Positions 22,466 to 34,338 of a stretch of 64,000 bases of DNA are shown here, one piece after another. Source of the stretch: Sedimentisphaerales bacterium (lineage in GTDB: Bacteria; Planctomycetota; Phycisphaerae; Sedimentisphaerales; SM23-30). The position numbers and the translations under genes were made by a program. Each line of letters opens with the position of its first letter. Within the stretch, counting starts at the first letter, position 1. The stretch is taken from assembly GCA_963663805.2 (NCBI GenBank), contig CAXXMR010000031.1, positions 1 to 64,000 of the forward strand, read 5' to 3'. Under the pieces are notes generated by a model that was not told where the DNA came from, made no database searches, and was given only the letters and a program-made list of their open reading frames with translations.

Positions 22466-23417
22466 TCTGCGTATTCTCTTGACATGGGGTGTTTGAAGAA
22501 TTAATACCCTTGCGGCAGTATACTTCGAGGTTGCCTAATGATTTGCCGCTTAACAATTCGATGACCCGGACAGCACGTTCAGCGGCCAGTTTGGCAGCGT
22601 CCAGTAACGGCCGGTTGGTGTTTGCCTCAGCACCGGTGGTACGTATCTGCATTACGTCCAGCCCACAGGACCGGGCCAGTGCCGTGAAAGTTTCTCCGTT
22701 GAAAAAAGTCAGGTGCATCGTCGGGCCGAAACTTGCCCGATCGCTGTTAAGAAAATTATGGAACACCGTCCCTTTTATTTTTTGCCAGGTCGATGAAGGG
22801 AAACGCAAGGCCATTACTCCGCCGGGAGAGAGCCAGTTTACGCATTTTTCCATTACGGCACAAGGGTCGGCGACATGTTCGATTACGTCCCAGGCGGTAA
22901 TAATCTCAAAACTCTCGGCGGGCAGCTCCACATCAGCGATTTCCTGCTCAATAATTTCCAGTGAAAATCTCTTGCGACCGTAAACCGCCGAGCTGTGAGC
23001 AGGTTCGATGCCCAGGACTTCGTATTCGGCTTTGAGGGCTTCCTGCAGGAAATGGCCACTGCCGCAGCCTATGTCCAAAAGCCTGCCATTTCCGCCGGCG
23101 GTACGATATTTTTCTATCTCGGCCAGGGCGGCACAAAAAACGCTCAGTTTGGCACGAGCGTGGGCTTCGATGGCAAAGGCATCTTCCTCGCCGCCTTCGG
23201 TATAAGTGGCATTGACGGCGGCCAGACGCGGATTGGTATAGACCAGCCCGCAACGACGACAACGCACGATTTCAAAATCCAACTGCCGACCGAAAAACGC
23301 GCCGCGTTCACGATGATAAGTTTCGCAGTCGTCGGCCCCGCAAAGATTACAGCGGACCCGCTCCCATTCTATGGAAGGTAATGACTTTTCAGATTGTCTG
23401 TCCAGTATTTCCGCCAA
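22437..23417 (-). CDS. Class I SAM-dependent methyltransferase with N-terminal Zn ribbon
   Basis: CNLCG..CRRCGLVYTNP, LLDIGCGSG, WDVIEH. Confidence 0.88.
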   Translation of the reverse strand: MAEILDRQSEKSLPSIEWERVRCNLCGADDCETYHRERGAFFGRQLDFEIVRCRRCGLVYTNPRLAAVNATYTEGGEEDAFAIEAHARAKLSVFCAALAEIEKYRTAGGNGRLLDIGCGSGHFLQEALKAEYEVLGIEPAHSSAVYGRKRFSLEIIEQEIADVELPAESFEIITAWDVIEHVADPCAVMEKCVNWLSPGGVMALRFPSSTWQKIKGTVFHNFLNSDRASFGPTMHLTFFNGETFTALARSCGLDVMQIRTTGAEANTNRPLLDAAKLAAERAVRVIELLSGKSLGNLEVYCRKGINSSNTPCQENTQNEPPGPHDP

Positions 23418-23433
23418 AACCTTGCCTCAGTAA

Positions 23434-24886
23434 TCAGCTCGTCGTCACCAGATGCCGGGCCAGACGCCTGAACGCCTTGAAATTACGCCGGGCTTCATGG
23501 ACATCAAATAAAGACTGTTTCATTTTCTTGAAGACATAGCCCTTACGCAGATAAAACGCCCGCCGGGCATGGTCACAAAATTTTCTCACGTCAGCACCGG
23601 GCAAGCCAGGCATGTCAATTATGCTGTCATGCAGACCGTCGGCGGTAAGCCATTGACGATAGTCTTCGGTACGCAGATAACCTTCTTCACAAGCCCAGTC
23701 GTACATACGTGTGCCCGGATAAACAATCATCGGAAAAAACTGCACTGTGTCCGGGTCGAGTTTTTTGGCGAACTCAAGTGTCCCCCGCATGGTATCGGCT
23801 GTTTCGCCGGGATTACCGACGACAAAACAGCCGTGTACCAGCAAATCGGCCTTGCGGGCATTAGCCATAAAATCATAGGCCTGGCCAACCTGAGAACCTT
23901 TGCCGATGGTATCGAGTACTTTCTGGCTGGCACTTTCGAAGCCGGCGATAAGCAACCGACAGCCAGCGGCCTTGAGCAGACGCATGCTTTCATAGTCGAG
24001 GTCAACGCGGGTATCGCACCAGAAGCCTATCCGGTTATTCTGTTTAATCAGCAGTTCGCAGGTTTCTTTCAGCCGCTTGCGACTGCCGGTGAACAAATCA
24101 TCCTCAATGCCGATTTCGCGAACAGAGGGCATTTCCTGCGTCACATAAGCAAATTCCGCGGCAATATTCTCGGCGCTTCTCATGCGGTACTTGCCCCGGT
24201 GCATAACCTGGGGATACAAACACCAGGCACAACGATGGGGACAGCCGCGAGAGGTGATGGTCATAACCATGGGGAATTTAGCGGCGGCGAAAAAGTAATC
24301 TTCCACTCGCAGAAAATCATTGTATACCTGACTGACAAAAGGCAGGTTGTCGAGGTCGGAAATCAGTTCGCGGTCGGGGGTACTGACAATTTCGTCGCCC
24401 TGCCGGAAAGTAACGCCGGTCACGTCATGCCAGCTTCGACCGTCCTTAACAGCACGGGCCATCTCCAGAGCAGTCACGTCGAATTCACCGCGAGCAACGG
24501 CATCAATATCGAAATCCATATTCAGCACTTCATCGGGCCGGGCGGTGGCATGGGTGCCGACCATCACGACTTTGCAATCAGGAAAAGCCCGCCCGAATAG
24601 CGCCCGCCGTAGTCACATCCTCGTGAATACTGGGCGTGGAAGTCTCACAGAAAACCATATCCGGCTGAACATGACGCAGATAATCCAGAAGTTCATCCAG
24701 GTCATATTTCCAGGCCACCGCGTCGACAAGTTCAACCTCGAACTCGCCGCTCTGGTCAGCCAGACCGGCGGCATAAGCCAGCCAAATCGGATAATAAATC
24801 GTACCACTTTTGGTCACCGCGGGACTGCGGCTGCTGCGGCTGTAGACCAGCCGATGATATGGACCGTTCAAGTATACCAGGTTCAT
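23434..24886 (-). pseudogene. B12-binding radical SAM protein (HpnJ-like) split by one frameshift near 24585
   Basis: N-part YYPIWLAYAAG/ETSTPS; C-part SRGCPHRCAWC, EDDLFT, GFES, PGET; removing one base joins the frames. Confidence 0.85.
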
Positions 24887-24929
24887 TTATTTTACATCCT
24901 GCACTACTGACCGGGAAATCCTCCCCGGC

Positions 24930-26425
24930 TTAAATCCTCACCTGCCCTGCTCCGTTCTCGGCGGACGTAGCGGTTACACCACCGCTGGGCCAATATTGAC
25001 CTGCCCAGCGTCGCATCGCCGCCATCTGGCTGTCATACCAGCTTTGAGAAACCGGAACCATTACGATTACAGGCTGAGTCGAGAACGCGCGAGCTCCTGC
25101 CACCAGCATTCCCAGCATGAACCATAAATTCAACGTCCCGCCCGGCAGCATATAGGTGTTATTGGCACCCCACATGATCCACTGCCCCACCAAACCGGCA
25201 ACCCCACCCAGCATTACCGACTTATACCAACTGTCAGGAATCCTGCGACAGCGAACTACCACAAAACGGAATATCCCCACCATCAGGGCCAAAAATGTCA
25301 ACATGCCGGGAATACCCAGACGACAGAACAAGTCCAGCCAAAGTGAGTTCATACTCCTGCCAAACCACATCCGCCGAGACAATATTGAATGCCCAGGTCA
25401 GACGCTCAGTGGAAAGAACCACCGACCGACCAAAGCCGGCACCAACCGGCACGATATTAACCAACTGCCAGGCCATACGCGGGAACTGGGCCCGCATATC
25501 GGAAGCATCCAGCAGGCCGGAAAAACGACCTGCCAGCCCCATCTCGACTATCTCCGGCAGAAAAACTATCGACCCAATCGCCAAAGCCGGCAACAAAAGC
25601 AATATCCATCTATTGCGAAAACTCATGACCACTATGCTCACCAGAGCCAGACAAACCAAAGCGGTGCGGGAACCAGTATAAACAACCGCCAGAACGTTCA
25701 GGACCAGCAGCACCGCGGCAATCATCTTCATCTGGAAGGAACTGCCCCGCAGCAGCAGAATCGCCAAAGCCATCCCGAAGAATATTACCATCTGACTGGC
25801 CAATACATTCGGGTCGCCATAGGTTGAAATCACCCGGCGAATACCCATATTGGCCGTGGTGGCCAACCTTCGCGGCGTATCACTGGAAGAATTATAGGTA
25901 ATACTGTTGACCAGAATATCAAAGGACACAAACCGCTGAGCTATCGCATACAAACTCACCAGCAGCGAAATAACCAGAATTACTTTGGAAAACGTCACAA
26001 AACTTTCACGGTGGGCATAGTTTATCGGTCGCCCAGAAGAAAATTCCCACCGCAAAGACGTAAAACCAGGTCTCGATGATAGCGGTCTTGGACGCCCCGC
26101 CGTTGCCGAGCCCCCAGGCCAGCGAAAAGATACCCACCGTCATAAAAATCAAAAAGACAAAGTTAAGCCGCGACCGCTCCCGCCTCCGCCAGGACCGAAA
26201 CAGCAGCCAACTAGCAACAAATACGGTCGCCAATATGTAACTTACTGGCAGAGGCAGATTTACAAAACTCAGGAACACGCCCGCCCGAGGCAGTCCAAAC
26301 AGCAGAACCGTAAAGGAAATCAGCATAAATTTATGGTGATGGTCACTAACGAACATCGCTGCCAGGCTGATTGCCAGGAACGAATAAAACATCAGTAACG
26401 TGGGATTTGCCAGTATTTCGCTCAT
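24930..26425 (-). pseudogene. O-antigen ligase/Wzy-like membrane protein split by two frameshifts (~26022 and ~25358)
   Basis: Multi-TM; STYGDPNVLA, YTGSRTA, GAGFG, MNSLWL motifs spread over three overlapping frames. Confidence 0.8.
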
Positions 26426-26705
26426 TCAGTATGACCAGTCCTAAAAATTACACTTATCACGCACTCCTTTCATCGACCATTCCGGCTGGTAAATAAAACC
26501 TTTTACACAAACTGTAGCGATTGGCGCGATTATGACGGAAAAAACCTGTCGGCAAAAAAGTTATCGGACGAAGCAGGATGGCAGGCCGTTATTTTTTTTG
26601 TATTAAACCGCCCGGTCAGCTATCTATATAGGTGGAAAAAGCCGGAAAATCGGCCAGTTATTGTTTTAAGGCATTAAAACATAAGATTTTACAGAAGGAA
26701 TAGCC

Positions 26706-27695
<990 letters not shown>

Positions 27696-27744
27696 CGCTG
27701 ACAGAACAACGTATTGAACAAACCATTAAACTCGCGGAAAAATT

Positions 27745-28620
27745 ATGCTGCCTGCTGAAATATTAAAACAAATCCGCCAGATACAGATTTACACCAATCG
27801 CACGGTAAACGAGATTTTCGCTGGCGAATACGAAAGCACCTTCAAGGGCCGCGGTATGCAGTTTGACGAGGTGCGCGAATACACGCCCGGCGACGATATT
27901 CGCAGTATCGACTGGAACGTCACCGCCCGGATGGGGCATCCGTTCATCAAGCGTTATGTCGAAGAACGCGAACTTACGGTTATGCTGGTGGTGGACCTGA
28001 GTGCGTCGGGGGCGTTCGGCACGGTGGGTAAGCTGAAGAATCAACTGGCCGCTGAGCTTTGCGCCGTGCTGGCATTTTCGGCCATCAAAAACAATGACAA
28101 GGTCGGCCTGATTACTTTTACCGACCGCATCGAACGTTTCATCCCGCCCCAGAAAGGCACTCAACACGTTCTCCGCGTCATCCGCGAACTGCTTTACGGT
28201 AACGTCAGCGGTCGCGGCACGGATATTCCTTTGGCATTGGATTATCTAGCCAAGGTAATACGCAAAAAAGCGACCGTGTTTGTAGTTTCAGATTTTATCG
28301 CTACTAATCTCAAACGTCCTTTAGGCCTGCTGAACAAACGCCACGACCTTATCGCTGTGGCGGTCAGCGACCCGCTCGAAACCCAACTGCCCCCGGTCGG
28401 GCTGCTTGAACTGCGTGACGCCGAAACGGGCCAGACTATCACCGTAGATACTTCCAGCGGGGCTGTTCGTCGCGATTACCAGAAACACGCCGAGCAGCAG
28501 CGGCAAAATCTGCAAACCCTGTTCGCCTCGGTCGGCATCGACTGCATCAACATCAAAACCGGTAAACCGTATGTACAGGAACTCATCCGGTTTTTCCGCA
28601 AGCGCGAGAAAAGACGCTAA
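27745..28620 (+). CDS. DUF58 VWA-like protein
   Basis: FKGRGMQFDEVREY.PGDDIRSIDWNV, EERELT, VSDF. Confidence 0.92.
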   Translation: MLPAEILKQIRQIQIYTNRTVNEIFAGEYESTFKGRGMQFDEVREYTPGDDIRSIDWNVTARMGHPFIKRYVEERELTVMLVVDLSASGAFGTVGKLKNQLAAELCAVLAFSAIKNNDKVGLITFTDRIERFIPPQKGTQHVLRVIRELLYGNVSGRGTDIPLALDYLAKVIRKKATVFVVSDFIATNLKRPLGLLNKRHDLIAVAVSDPLETQLPPVGLLELRDAETGQTITVDTSSGAVRRDYQKHAEQQRQNLQTLFASVGIDCINIKTGKPYVQELIRFFRKREKRR

Positions 28621-28625
28621 TCATC

Positions 28626-29684
28626 ATGAGTATTCGCAAAACAAATTCTATTATCACTCTTATCGGTTGGCTGGGTTGCATGCTGCTGCTTAGCTGCGGT
28701 TGTGACGAGCAAACATCAACTAAAGACACTCAGAATGGGTTTCAAACAGTCAAAACCTACGAGAAAGGCCCGCTAAAACTCACTGTTCAGGTTGATAATA
28801 GCACAATCAATCTGGCCCAGACCGTCAGTCTGCGTTTTGAGACGATTTTACCAGAAGATTATGAGCTTACTCTGCCCGATGCTGAGAAGATTTATGACCC
28901 GGACGAATTTATCCTGCTCAATCGCGACGATGAACCCGGCAAACTGCTGCCCGAAGGCAATATCCTTCGTCACTCCACGTTTCGGCTGGAACCGCTAAAA
29001 CCAGGGACATTAACCATCCCCGAACTGACCTTCACCTTTACCGGACCGGACCAAAAAAGTTATGAGCAGCTCAGCGAACCAATAAAAATAACCGCGACCG
29101 ATATTCTCGACGCTCAGGAACCAGACCTGAATCTGGCCCCGATTAAGGATGTCGTAGCCCTGCCCGACAATCGCCCGCTCTATTACGGACTGTCGGGGGT
29201 GGCATTGCTGGCGGTTATTATCACAGCTTTGATTCTCTGGCATAAGCGCCAGCAGCGTATTCGTGAGCAAAACCGCGTTTTCCGCCCGGCCCATGAGCTT
29301 GCTTATGCCCGTTTGAAACTGCTGGCTGACGAAGACCTGCCCAGCCGCGGAGAAATCAAACTTTTCTATCAGAAACTCAGCGATATTTTGCGTTTTTACA
29401 TCGAACATCGCTTCGCTTTGCGGGCACCGGAACGCACTACCGAAGAATTTCTCGACGAGCTTCGCAACAGCAACCGGCTCAGCACCGAAAATCGTCAGGC
29501 CCTGGAAGATTTCCTGCGGCAATGCGATTTGGTAAAGTTCGCCAAACATCAACCCGCTCGCCCTGAGATTGAACAGTCACAGAATCTGGCCGAAAAATTT
29601 ATTGATGTGACCGCCGATGTAGACTGCAAAATTGAGCTCAACCCGGCCCAGCAACGCCAAATCACCCAAGGGAGGAATTGGTAA
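28626..29684 (+). CDS. Bat-operon membrane protein (BatD-like/DUF4381-like), possible lipoprotein
   Basis: LLSC lipobox-like signal, one TM, LSDILRFYIE..RTTEEF, DLVKFAK. Confidence 0.7.
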   Translation: MSIRKTNSIITLIGWLGCMLLLSCGCDEQTSTKDTQNGFQTVKTYEKGPLKLTVQVDNSTINLAQTVSLRFETILPEDYELTLPDAEKIYDPDEFILLNRDDEPGKLLPEGNILRHSTFRLEPLKPGTLTIPELTFTFTGPDQKSYEQLSEPIKITATDILDAQEPDLNLAPIKDVVALPDNRPLYYGLSGVALLAVIITALILWHKRQQRIREQNRVFRPAHELAYARLKLLADEDLPSRGEIKLFYQKLSDILRFYIEHRFALRAPERTTEEFLDELRNSNRLSTENRQALEDFLRQCDLVKFAKHQPARPEIEQSQNLAEKFIDVTADVDCKIELNPAQQRQITQGRNW

Positions 29685-30745
29685 TGCAGTGGTACAGCCC
29701 GTGGGCATTTCTATTACTAATTCTCATCCCGCTGACATGGTGGCTGGCGGCTCGACCGGGCCATAAAATCGCGATGCTGTTTTCGGCGACCCGCCCTCTC
29801 GAACGCATCCACAAATCAGGGCGAATCAGATTGGGCTGGCTGCCCCTGGCGGCGAGAATAATCTGTATCGCCCTGCTGATAACCGCCCTGGCCAGACCGC
29901 GGCAAGGCAGTAAATTCCAACGCATTACCACGCACGGCGTTTTGCTCAATATCGTGGTGGACCGTTCCGGCAGTATGGCGGAAATCATGGACTACCGCGG
30001 CGAACAACACAATCGACTCGAAACCGTGAAGATGGTCGTCAAAAACTTCGTACTGGGCAACGACCAGGCGGGTCTCAAAGGCCGTCCTAATGACCTCATC
30101 GGCTTAATCACCTTCGCCCGCTACGCCGACACCGCCTGCCCACTGGTGCTTTCCCATGAAACATTGATAGGGTTCCTCGAAGATACCGAACTGGTCGAGC
30201 AACGCAGCGAAGACGGTACCGCCATCGGTGAAGCCATCGCCCTGGGCGGTGCCCGACTGACTTCGGCTGCCGAGGAAATCAACCAGCGTAATAAAGTCTT
30301 GCTTAACTCTCAGCAGCAAAGTGAATTTCAAATCGAAAGCAAAGCGGTAATCCTGCTCACCGACGGCCAAAGTAATGCCGGCGATATAGACCCGCTCGAA
30401 GCGGTTGAACTTGCCAAAGAATGGGGCATCAAGGTCTATACCATCGGTATCGGCGGCAGTGCGGCCCGCAATCAAGGCTTGTTCGCCCGGATGCGGCAGA
30501 ACCAGTTGAACGAACCGCTGCTGCGTAAAATAGCTGAGGACACCGGCGGCTTTTACGCCCGTGCCGACGACGGTGACGCCCTTAACCAGATATTCGAACA
30601 AATCGACAAACAGGAAAAAAGCGAAATCCAGTCCGTAGAATACAGCAACTACGACGAAAAGTTTTCCCGCTATGCCCTGGCTGCCCTGCTGGTGCTGGCC
30701 CTGGAAATATTTATGAGATGCACCGTATTTCGGAAGACACCTTAA
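29684..30745 (+). CDS. batA: BatA-like VWA protein
   Basis: ALARP, DRSGSM MIDAS, GTAIGEAI, LLTDG, KVYTIGIG; TAATG coupling to the upstream stop. Confidence 0.85.
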   Translation: MQWYSPWAFLLLILIPLTWWLAARPGHKIAMLFSATRPLERIHKSGRIRLGWLPLAARIICIALLITALARPRQGSKFQRITTHGVLLNIVVDRSGSMAEIMDYRGEQHNRLETVKMVVKNFVLGNDQAGLKGRPNDLIGLITFARYADTACPLVLSHETLIGFLEDTELVEQRSEDGTAIGEAIALGGARLTSAAEEINQRNKVLLNSQQQSEFQIESKAVILLTDGQSNAGDIDPLEAVELAKEWGIKVYTIGIGGSAARNQGLFARMRQNQLNEPLLRKIAEDTGGFYARADDGDALNQIFEQIDKQEKSEIQSVEYSNYDEKFSRYALAALLVLALEIFMRCTVFRKTP

Positions 30746-30747
30746 CT

Positions 30748-31761
30748 ATGCAATATTTCAGAATGATAAATTATCAGGCCCTTTGGCTGCTCTGGCTCGT
30801 GCCGCTTCTGGCGGGCCTGTTCATCTGGGCGCTGTACCGTCGGCGGAAACTCCGCACCCGATTGGCCGACGCGAACACCATCAATTACATCATGCCCCAA
30901 ATCTCCGGCGGCAAACGCTTCTTCAAGGCCCTGCTGCTGATACTCGCGGCAATTGCGATTGTCATTGCGTTAACGGAACCGGGCTGGAACCCTCAACCGG
31001 AAAAAGTCCAGCGTAAAGGCCGCGACATCATCGTCCTGCTGGACACCTCACGCAGTATGCTCGCCGAGGACATCAAACCCAACCGGCTGGAACGAGCCAA
31101 GCTGGCGATAAATGACCTGCTCGAAGTTGTACGCGGCGACCGGGTAGGCCTGATTACCTTCGCCGGGCGAAGCGTAATTAAATGCCCGCTCACGCAGGAT
31201 TACGGCTTTATCCGTATGATGCTCAAGGAAATCAACACCGAAACCACCGGCCGCGGCGGCACGCTCATCGGCGATGCCATCCGCAAAACTATCGACGATG
31301 TCTTCGATGACCAAGACCGCGACTATAAAGACATTATCCTTATTACCGACGGCGAAGACCAGGAGTCATTGCCGATTGAAGCCGCCCAGAAAGCTGCCCA
31401 GATAGGGGTACGGGTTTTTGTGGTCGGGCTCGGTAACGCCGACCAGGGCAGCCGCATCCCGATTACTGACGAACAGGGACGCAAAACCTTTCTGCAATAT
31501 CAGAGACAGGAAGTATGGACCAAACTCGACAGCAAAACCTTACAGGATATTGCCCTGGCGACACCCGGCGGTAAATATCTGCCGGTGGCGACCGGGACGT
31601 TCGACTTGGCCGAGTTTTACCAGTCAGCTATCGCCTCGGCCAGTCAAAAAGAGTTGGAATCACTGACCGCCATTAAGTATAGTGAGAGGTTCCAGATATT
31701 TCTGGTACTGGCACTGACGCTTGTGGTAGCGGAGGTTATGATAAATGAACGCAAAAATTAA
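30748..31761 (+). CDS. batB: BatB-like VWA protein
   Basis: DTSRSMLAEDIKPNRLERAK, CPLTQDY, ITDGED. Confidence 0.85.
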   Translation: MQYFRMINYQALWLLWLVPLLAGLFIWALYRRRKLRTRLADANTINYIMPQISGGKRFFKALLLILAAIAIVIALTEPGWNPQPEKVQRKGRDIIVLLDTSRSMLAEDIKPNRLERAKLAINDLLEVVRGDRVGLITFAGRSVIKCPLTQDYGFIRMMLKEINTETTGRGGTLIGDAIRKTIDDVFDDQDRDYKDIILITDGEDQESLPIEAAQKAAQIGVRVFVVGLGNADQGSRIPITDEQGRKTFLQYQRQEVWTKLDSKTLQDIALATPGGKYLPVATGTFDLAEFYQSAIASASQKELESLTAIKYSERFQIFLVLALTLVVAEVMINERKN

Positions 31762-32545
31762 AACATTCATAATTTTGACAACACTGCTGACAGCTGCGCT
31801 TCACGCCGAAAACATCGTCGATGCCGTCAACAACGGCAACGCCGCCTACAAGGAAGGCCACTACCAAAAGGCCCTGGACCTGTACCAGCAGGCCGCCGAG
31901 CTCGACGACGAAAAACCGGAAATTAAATATAATCAGGCCAACAGCCTCTATAATCTGGAAAAACTCGACGAAGCCATCAAGCAATATCGCGAAGTTTCAG
32001 CCCAGAGCAAGGATGCCCAACTGGTCAACCGGGCCAAGTTCAATCTCGCCAATGCCTACCAGCAAAAGGCTCAGGCTCAGCAGCAGACTGACCCGCAAGC
32101 AGCCCTGAAAGACCTGACTACCAGCCTGGACTATTACCGGCAGGTACTCGACGCTGAAAAAGAATCGCCCGATGCCGAACATAATCTGGCAGTTTGTAAA
32201 CATCTGCTGCGCCAAATAAAAGAACAGCAGCAGCAGCAAGACAAACAGAATCAGGACCAGCAAGACCAGCAGGAAAATCAGGACGAACAGCAACAAGACC
32301 AAAATCAGCAAGAGCAGAACCAGGATAATCAGGAGCAAAATCAGGATAAGCAACAGGACCAGCAGGAGCAACCAAAGGAAGAACAGCAAGATCAACAACA
32401 GCAGGACGTCAGCGAAAATGAAGGTGAGCAGCAGGTTCCACCGCCCCAGGTTTCCGCTGAGGATATTCTGGATAAGGAAGAACAACAAAAAGAACAACGC
32501 CGGATAATGATACTTCGTGCGACCCCGGTAGAGAAAGACTGGTAA
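31745..32545 (+). CDS. batC: BatC-like TPR protein with Gln-rich tail
   Basis: Signal peptide, TPR repeats, Q/D/E-rich linker, C-terminal VEKDW. Confidence 0.85.
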   Translation: MNAKIKTFIILTTLLTAALHAENIVDAVNNGNAAYKEGHYQKALDLYQQAAELDDEKPEIKYNQANSLYNLEKLDEAIKQYREVSAQSKDAQLVNRAKFNLANAYQQKAQAQQQTDPQAALKDLTTSLDYYRQVLDAEKESPDAEHNLAVCKHLLRQIKEQQQQQDKQNQDQQDQQENQDEQQQDQNQQEQNQDNQEQNQDKQQDQQEQPKEEQQDQQQQDVSENEGEQQVPPPQVSAEDILDKEEQQKEQRRIMILRATPVEKDW

Positions 32546-32550
32546 GAATA

Positions 32551-34338
32551 ATGAAAACCAGGTTATTAATACTGATAATACTTACACTGGCAGCCGCCGC
32601 CCACGCCGCGGACATCAAGGTCTATGCCGCCGCCGAGAAGGAAGTCTATATAAACAAACCGTTTAAGTATCAGGTCGTCATCGACGGCCAAACCGACCCC
32701 GGCACGGTTGACACGACCAATATAGACAGTTTCAACCCCCGCTATATCGGCGGCCAACCCCAGTCATCGTCCAGCACAACCATTATCAACGGACGGACGA
32801 CAACCGAAGTAATTTCAAGATACTACATGATTTACGAACTAATCGCCCACGAAACTGGCAGCGTGACCATCCCGGCGGTAATGGTAGATGTAAACGGGCG
32901 AAAATACAATACCAATGACGTTGAGGTCTATGTCCAACAGCCCGGCAGCACCGACAAAATCGACTTGGAAATACTGATTTCAGATAAAAGCTGCTATGTC
33001 GGTCAGCCGGTAACAATAGCGATAAGCTGGTTGATAACGCCAGATATTGTCAACAGAATCGGGGATTTCAGCTTCTATGTGCCAGCGTTAGACGATACGC
33101 AACACTTTATAGCAGAAGAACTTGAGCCGCCGGACAACCTGCAAACCCTGACCGTGCAGGTAAACGGTCAGGAGGCCACAGCGGTGCAGGCCCAGCGTAA
33201 AGATGGGCGAATAGCCGTAAGTTTTCGTAAAATACTGATACCACGAAAGAGCGGAACGGTCGAACTTGGCAAAGCTCAGGTGAATTGCCAAATCGATGTC
33301 AGTAAAGGCGGCGGACGGGGTCGGGATCCGTTTGACAGCTTTTTCAACCGGACGCAGCGGGAATATCAACAGTTTACAGCAGAAGCCAACGGTGCGACCC
33401 TGGAGGTGCGGGCACTGCCGGTTGAAGGTAAACCCCTGGATTTCCAAGGACTTGTGGGACGATACGAAATTGAAGCCTCAGCTAGTCCAACCGAAGTTAG
33501 CGTGGGCGACCCGATTACTTTGACGATAACGGTACGCGGAAAATTACTGCGGGCGGTGGAGATGCCGGATTTGGGGTTTATGGCCGAGGATTTCCGAATA
33601 CCGTCGGAACAAGCTCCGCCCAGGAGCGAAAATGGTATCAAGGTATTCACGCAAACCATTAGAGCAGAGAAAGATACGGTAACGGAGATACCGGGGATAC
33701 CGCTAAGCTTCTTTGATGTGGACAAAGGAGAGTATCGAACAGTTTATAGCGGGTCAATCCCCCTGACGGTATCGTCGACTCGCAAGGTAACTTCTGATGA
33801 TGCCATAGGTTATGACGCACCGCGGGCGGTTTCGCAGTTACAGAGCGTGGAGCAGGGAATCGCGGCCAACTACGAAGGGCCCAAATTATTGGAGAATAAG
33901 GCATTTTCGGTTTTAAGTGCTTTATCCAAACCGGGTTATCTGTCCATGTGGCTGGCGGGGCCGATGGTGCTGGGGATTTCGGGTTTGATACGTATGAAAG
34001 GCAGAGTCAACCCGACGAAGGTCGCGGCTAGAATTCGCGCAACTGCTTGTAAGAAAGCTATTTCCAAACTTGGCGCAAGTTCTGATTCCACCCAGATTGG
34101 CGAGGTGCTGCGGGTTTTTGTGGGTGAACGGTTCGACAGGACGGGGCAGGCACTGACCAGCGGCGATTGCCGAGAGATACTGCAAGAGGCTGGCAGGGCT
34201 GATGAATTATGTGATAAGTGCCGACATATACTGGAATTATGCGAAATGAGCCAGTTCGCTGGCGCGGGAATCGATTCTCAGGTGAATGTCGATGAGGTTA
34301 TGGAATTGATTCGCAAGATCGACCGGGAGGGTAAGTGA
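32551..34338 (+). CDS. batD: BatD-family protein
   Basis: Signal peptide, repeated beta domains, LPVEGKP..F.GLVG, C-terminal TM; operon position. Confidence 0.8.
   Translation: MKTRLLILIILTLAAAAHAADIKVYAAAEKEVYINKPFKYQVVIDGQTDPGTVDTTNIDSFNPRYIGGQPQSSSSTTIINGRTTTEVISRYYMIYELIAHETGSVTIPAVMVDVNGRKYNTNDVEVYVQQPGSTDKIDLEILISDKSCYVGQPVTIAISWLITPDIVNRIGDFSFYVPALDDTQHFIAEELEPPDNLQTLTVQVNGQEATAVQAQRKDGRIAVSFRKILIPRKSGTVELGKAQVNCQIDVSKGGGRGRDPFDSFFNRTQREYQQFTAEANGATLEVRALPVEGKPLDFQGLVGRYEIEASASPTEVSVGDPITLTITVRGKLLRAVEMPDLGFMAEDFRIPSEQAPPRSENGIKVFTQTIRAEKDTVTEIPGIPLSFFDVDKGEYRTVYSGSIPLTVSSTRKVTSDDAIGYDAPRAVSQLQSVEQGIAANYEGPKLLENKAFSVLSALSKPGYLSMWLAGPMVLGISGLIRMKGRVNPTKVAARIRATACKKAISKLGASSDSTQIGEVLRVFVGERFDRTGQALTSGDCREILQEAGRADELCDKCRHILELCEMSQFAGAGIDSQVNVDEVMELIRKIDREGK

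Noticed and set aside
24578..24580. Selenocysteine read-through at the TGA in the radical SAM gene
   Set aside because: The downstream part is in a different frame, so it needs an indel, not read-through
32220..32405. CAG/CAA-rich repeats
   Set aside because: Ordinary Gln-rich linker of BatC-type proteins
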